A stretch of DNA of 64,000 nt, from assembly GCF_036971445.1 (NCBI RefSeq), contig NC_091470.1:96472001-96536000 (forward strand), in the 5' to 3' direction. Numbering within the stretch: the first letter of the stretch is position 1; each line of letters begins with the position of its first letter. The stretch is from Narcine bancroftii. Taxonomy: Eukaryota. A program made the position numbers and the translations under genes. A model generated the notes under the pieces. It did not search any database. It saw nothing but the letters and a program-made list of their open reading frames with translations, and had not been told where the DNA came from. Below are positions 63,267-64,000 of the stretch, piece after piece.

Positions 63267-63460
63267 CTTCCCCTTTCACTGCCGGCTCTTCCTTTCCCCC
63301 ACCCCCCCAACCCCATGCGCATGCGCGCGGGCGCCCCGAGAGAGGTGGGTGGGTCGAGCGCTCGGTTGCCTAGCGACCGGCGGCGACGGCCCGCGATGAC
63401 GGCGTGCGGCCGGTGAGTTCAAAGGAGCTTCCGGTGAGTTCAAAGGAGTTTCCGGCGAGG
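63258..63460. promoter_or_regulatory. CpG-island promoter of COX5B with YY1, NRF1, RFX X-box and ETS/GABP motifs
   Basis: cgccatctt (YY1, overlapping ATG) 63261-63269; tgcgcatgcgc (NRF1) 63316-63326; gttgcctagcgac (X-box) 63365-63377; ttccgg twice at ~63429 and ~63450. Confidence 0.75.
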
Positions 63461-63627
63461 GCTCGGTGCAGCGCAGGCCATTCAGCCCGTCCTCTGGGGG
63501 GGCGTTGCCTGAGGGAGAGGTTCCAGCAGCCTGTCCCGCCCCTGATCGATGTCAGTCTTCTCACCGTTGCCTTTGTCCTCTCATCACCCCCCCCCCCCTT
63601 CACCACCCCTCTGGTACTGTGTCATTA

Positions 63628-63845
63628 ATGGCACGTTTGGTGTAGAGCTTGACGCCACGGGGTTCGAATCCCGCGCTGTCTGTAAGGAGTTTGCACGCTC
63701 TCCCCGCGTCTGCGTCGGTTTCTCCCGGGGAGGGGGCTCCAGTTACCGCCCACCAAAACGTACTGGGGGGGGGTGTAGGTTAATGGGGTGTGAGGTGGGG
63801 CGGCGCGGGTTCGCGTTATCGTGCCAAACGTCGACGTTTAAAAAT
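63628..63845 (+). mobile_element. V-SINE copy, CpG-rich
   Basis: ggggttcgaatcccgcgctgtctgtaaggagtttgcacg core. Confidence 0.75.
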
Positions 63846-64000
63846 TTTTGATCTATTGTCTGACTACGCACAACCCTGAGCGTCTTCCTTCTGCGGGCGC
63901 GGCAGAATCACCACTTATTGGCCGTGCAAAAAAGATAAACTGTACACAGCGTGAGCAAATAAATGTAAACAAACTGACTGTGCAATGCAGAGAGGGAAGG

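Noticed and set aside
62324-63322. 277-aa Pro-rich and 212-aa Gly/Arg-rich ORFs
   Set aside because: Arise from the C-rich low-complexity tract in COX5B intron 1

Overview
Vertebrate nuclear DNA, probably a cartilaginous fish (inferred from the V-SINE, CR1, Rex1/Babar and Penelope repeat content). It holds two convergent genes. KANSL3 lies on the + strand: 22 coding exons from 3083 to 56988, all GT-AG with consistent phases, about 1098 aa. COX5B lies on the - strand: 4 coding exons from 63266 to 57363, 136 aa. The introns are packed with transposable elements: CR1, L1, Rex1/Babar, RTE, Penelope, V-SINEs, hAT/Tc1/Harbinger-like MITEs and probable Chapaev3 deletion derivatives. The most striking item is a pair of young, independently inserted ~2.4 kb L1-derived elements in KANSL3 intron 12. 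Each has its own 16-bp target-site duplication (TSD) and poly(A) tail, an essentially intact ORF1, and an ORF2 reduced to the same fused N-/C-terminal scar, i.e. a mobile ORF1-only (HAL1-like) family. Other candidates are a frame-preserving 24-nt COX5B microexon, a ~190-aa C-terminal extension of KANSL3, abutting KANSL3/COX5B poly(A) signals and a probably bidirectional COX5B promoter carrying an RFX X-box. Exons were mapped by eye against remembered orthologs and repeat boundaries are approximate.
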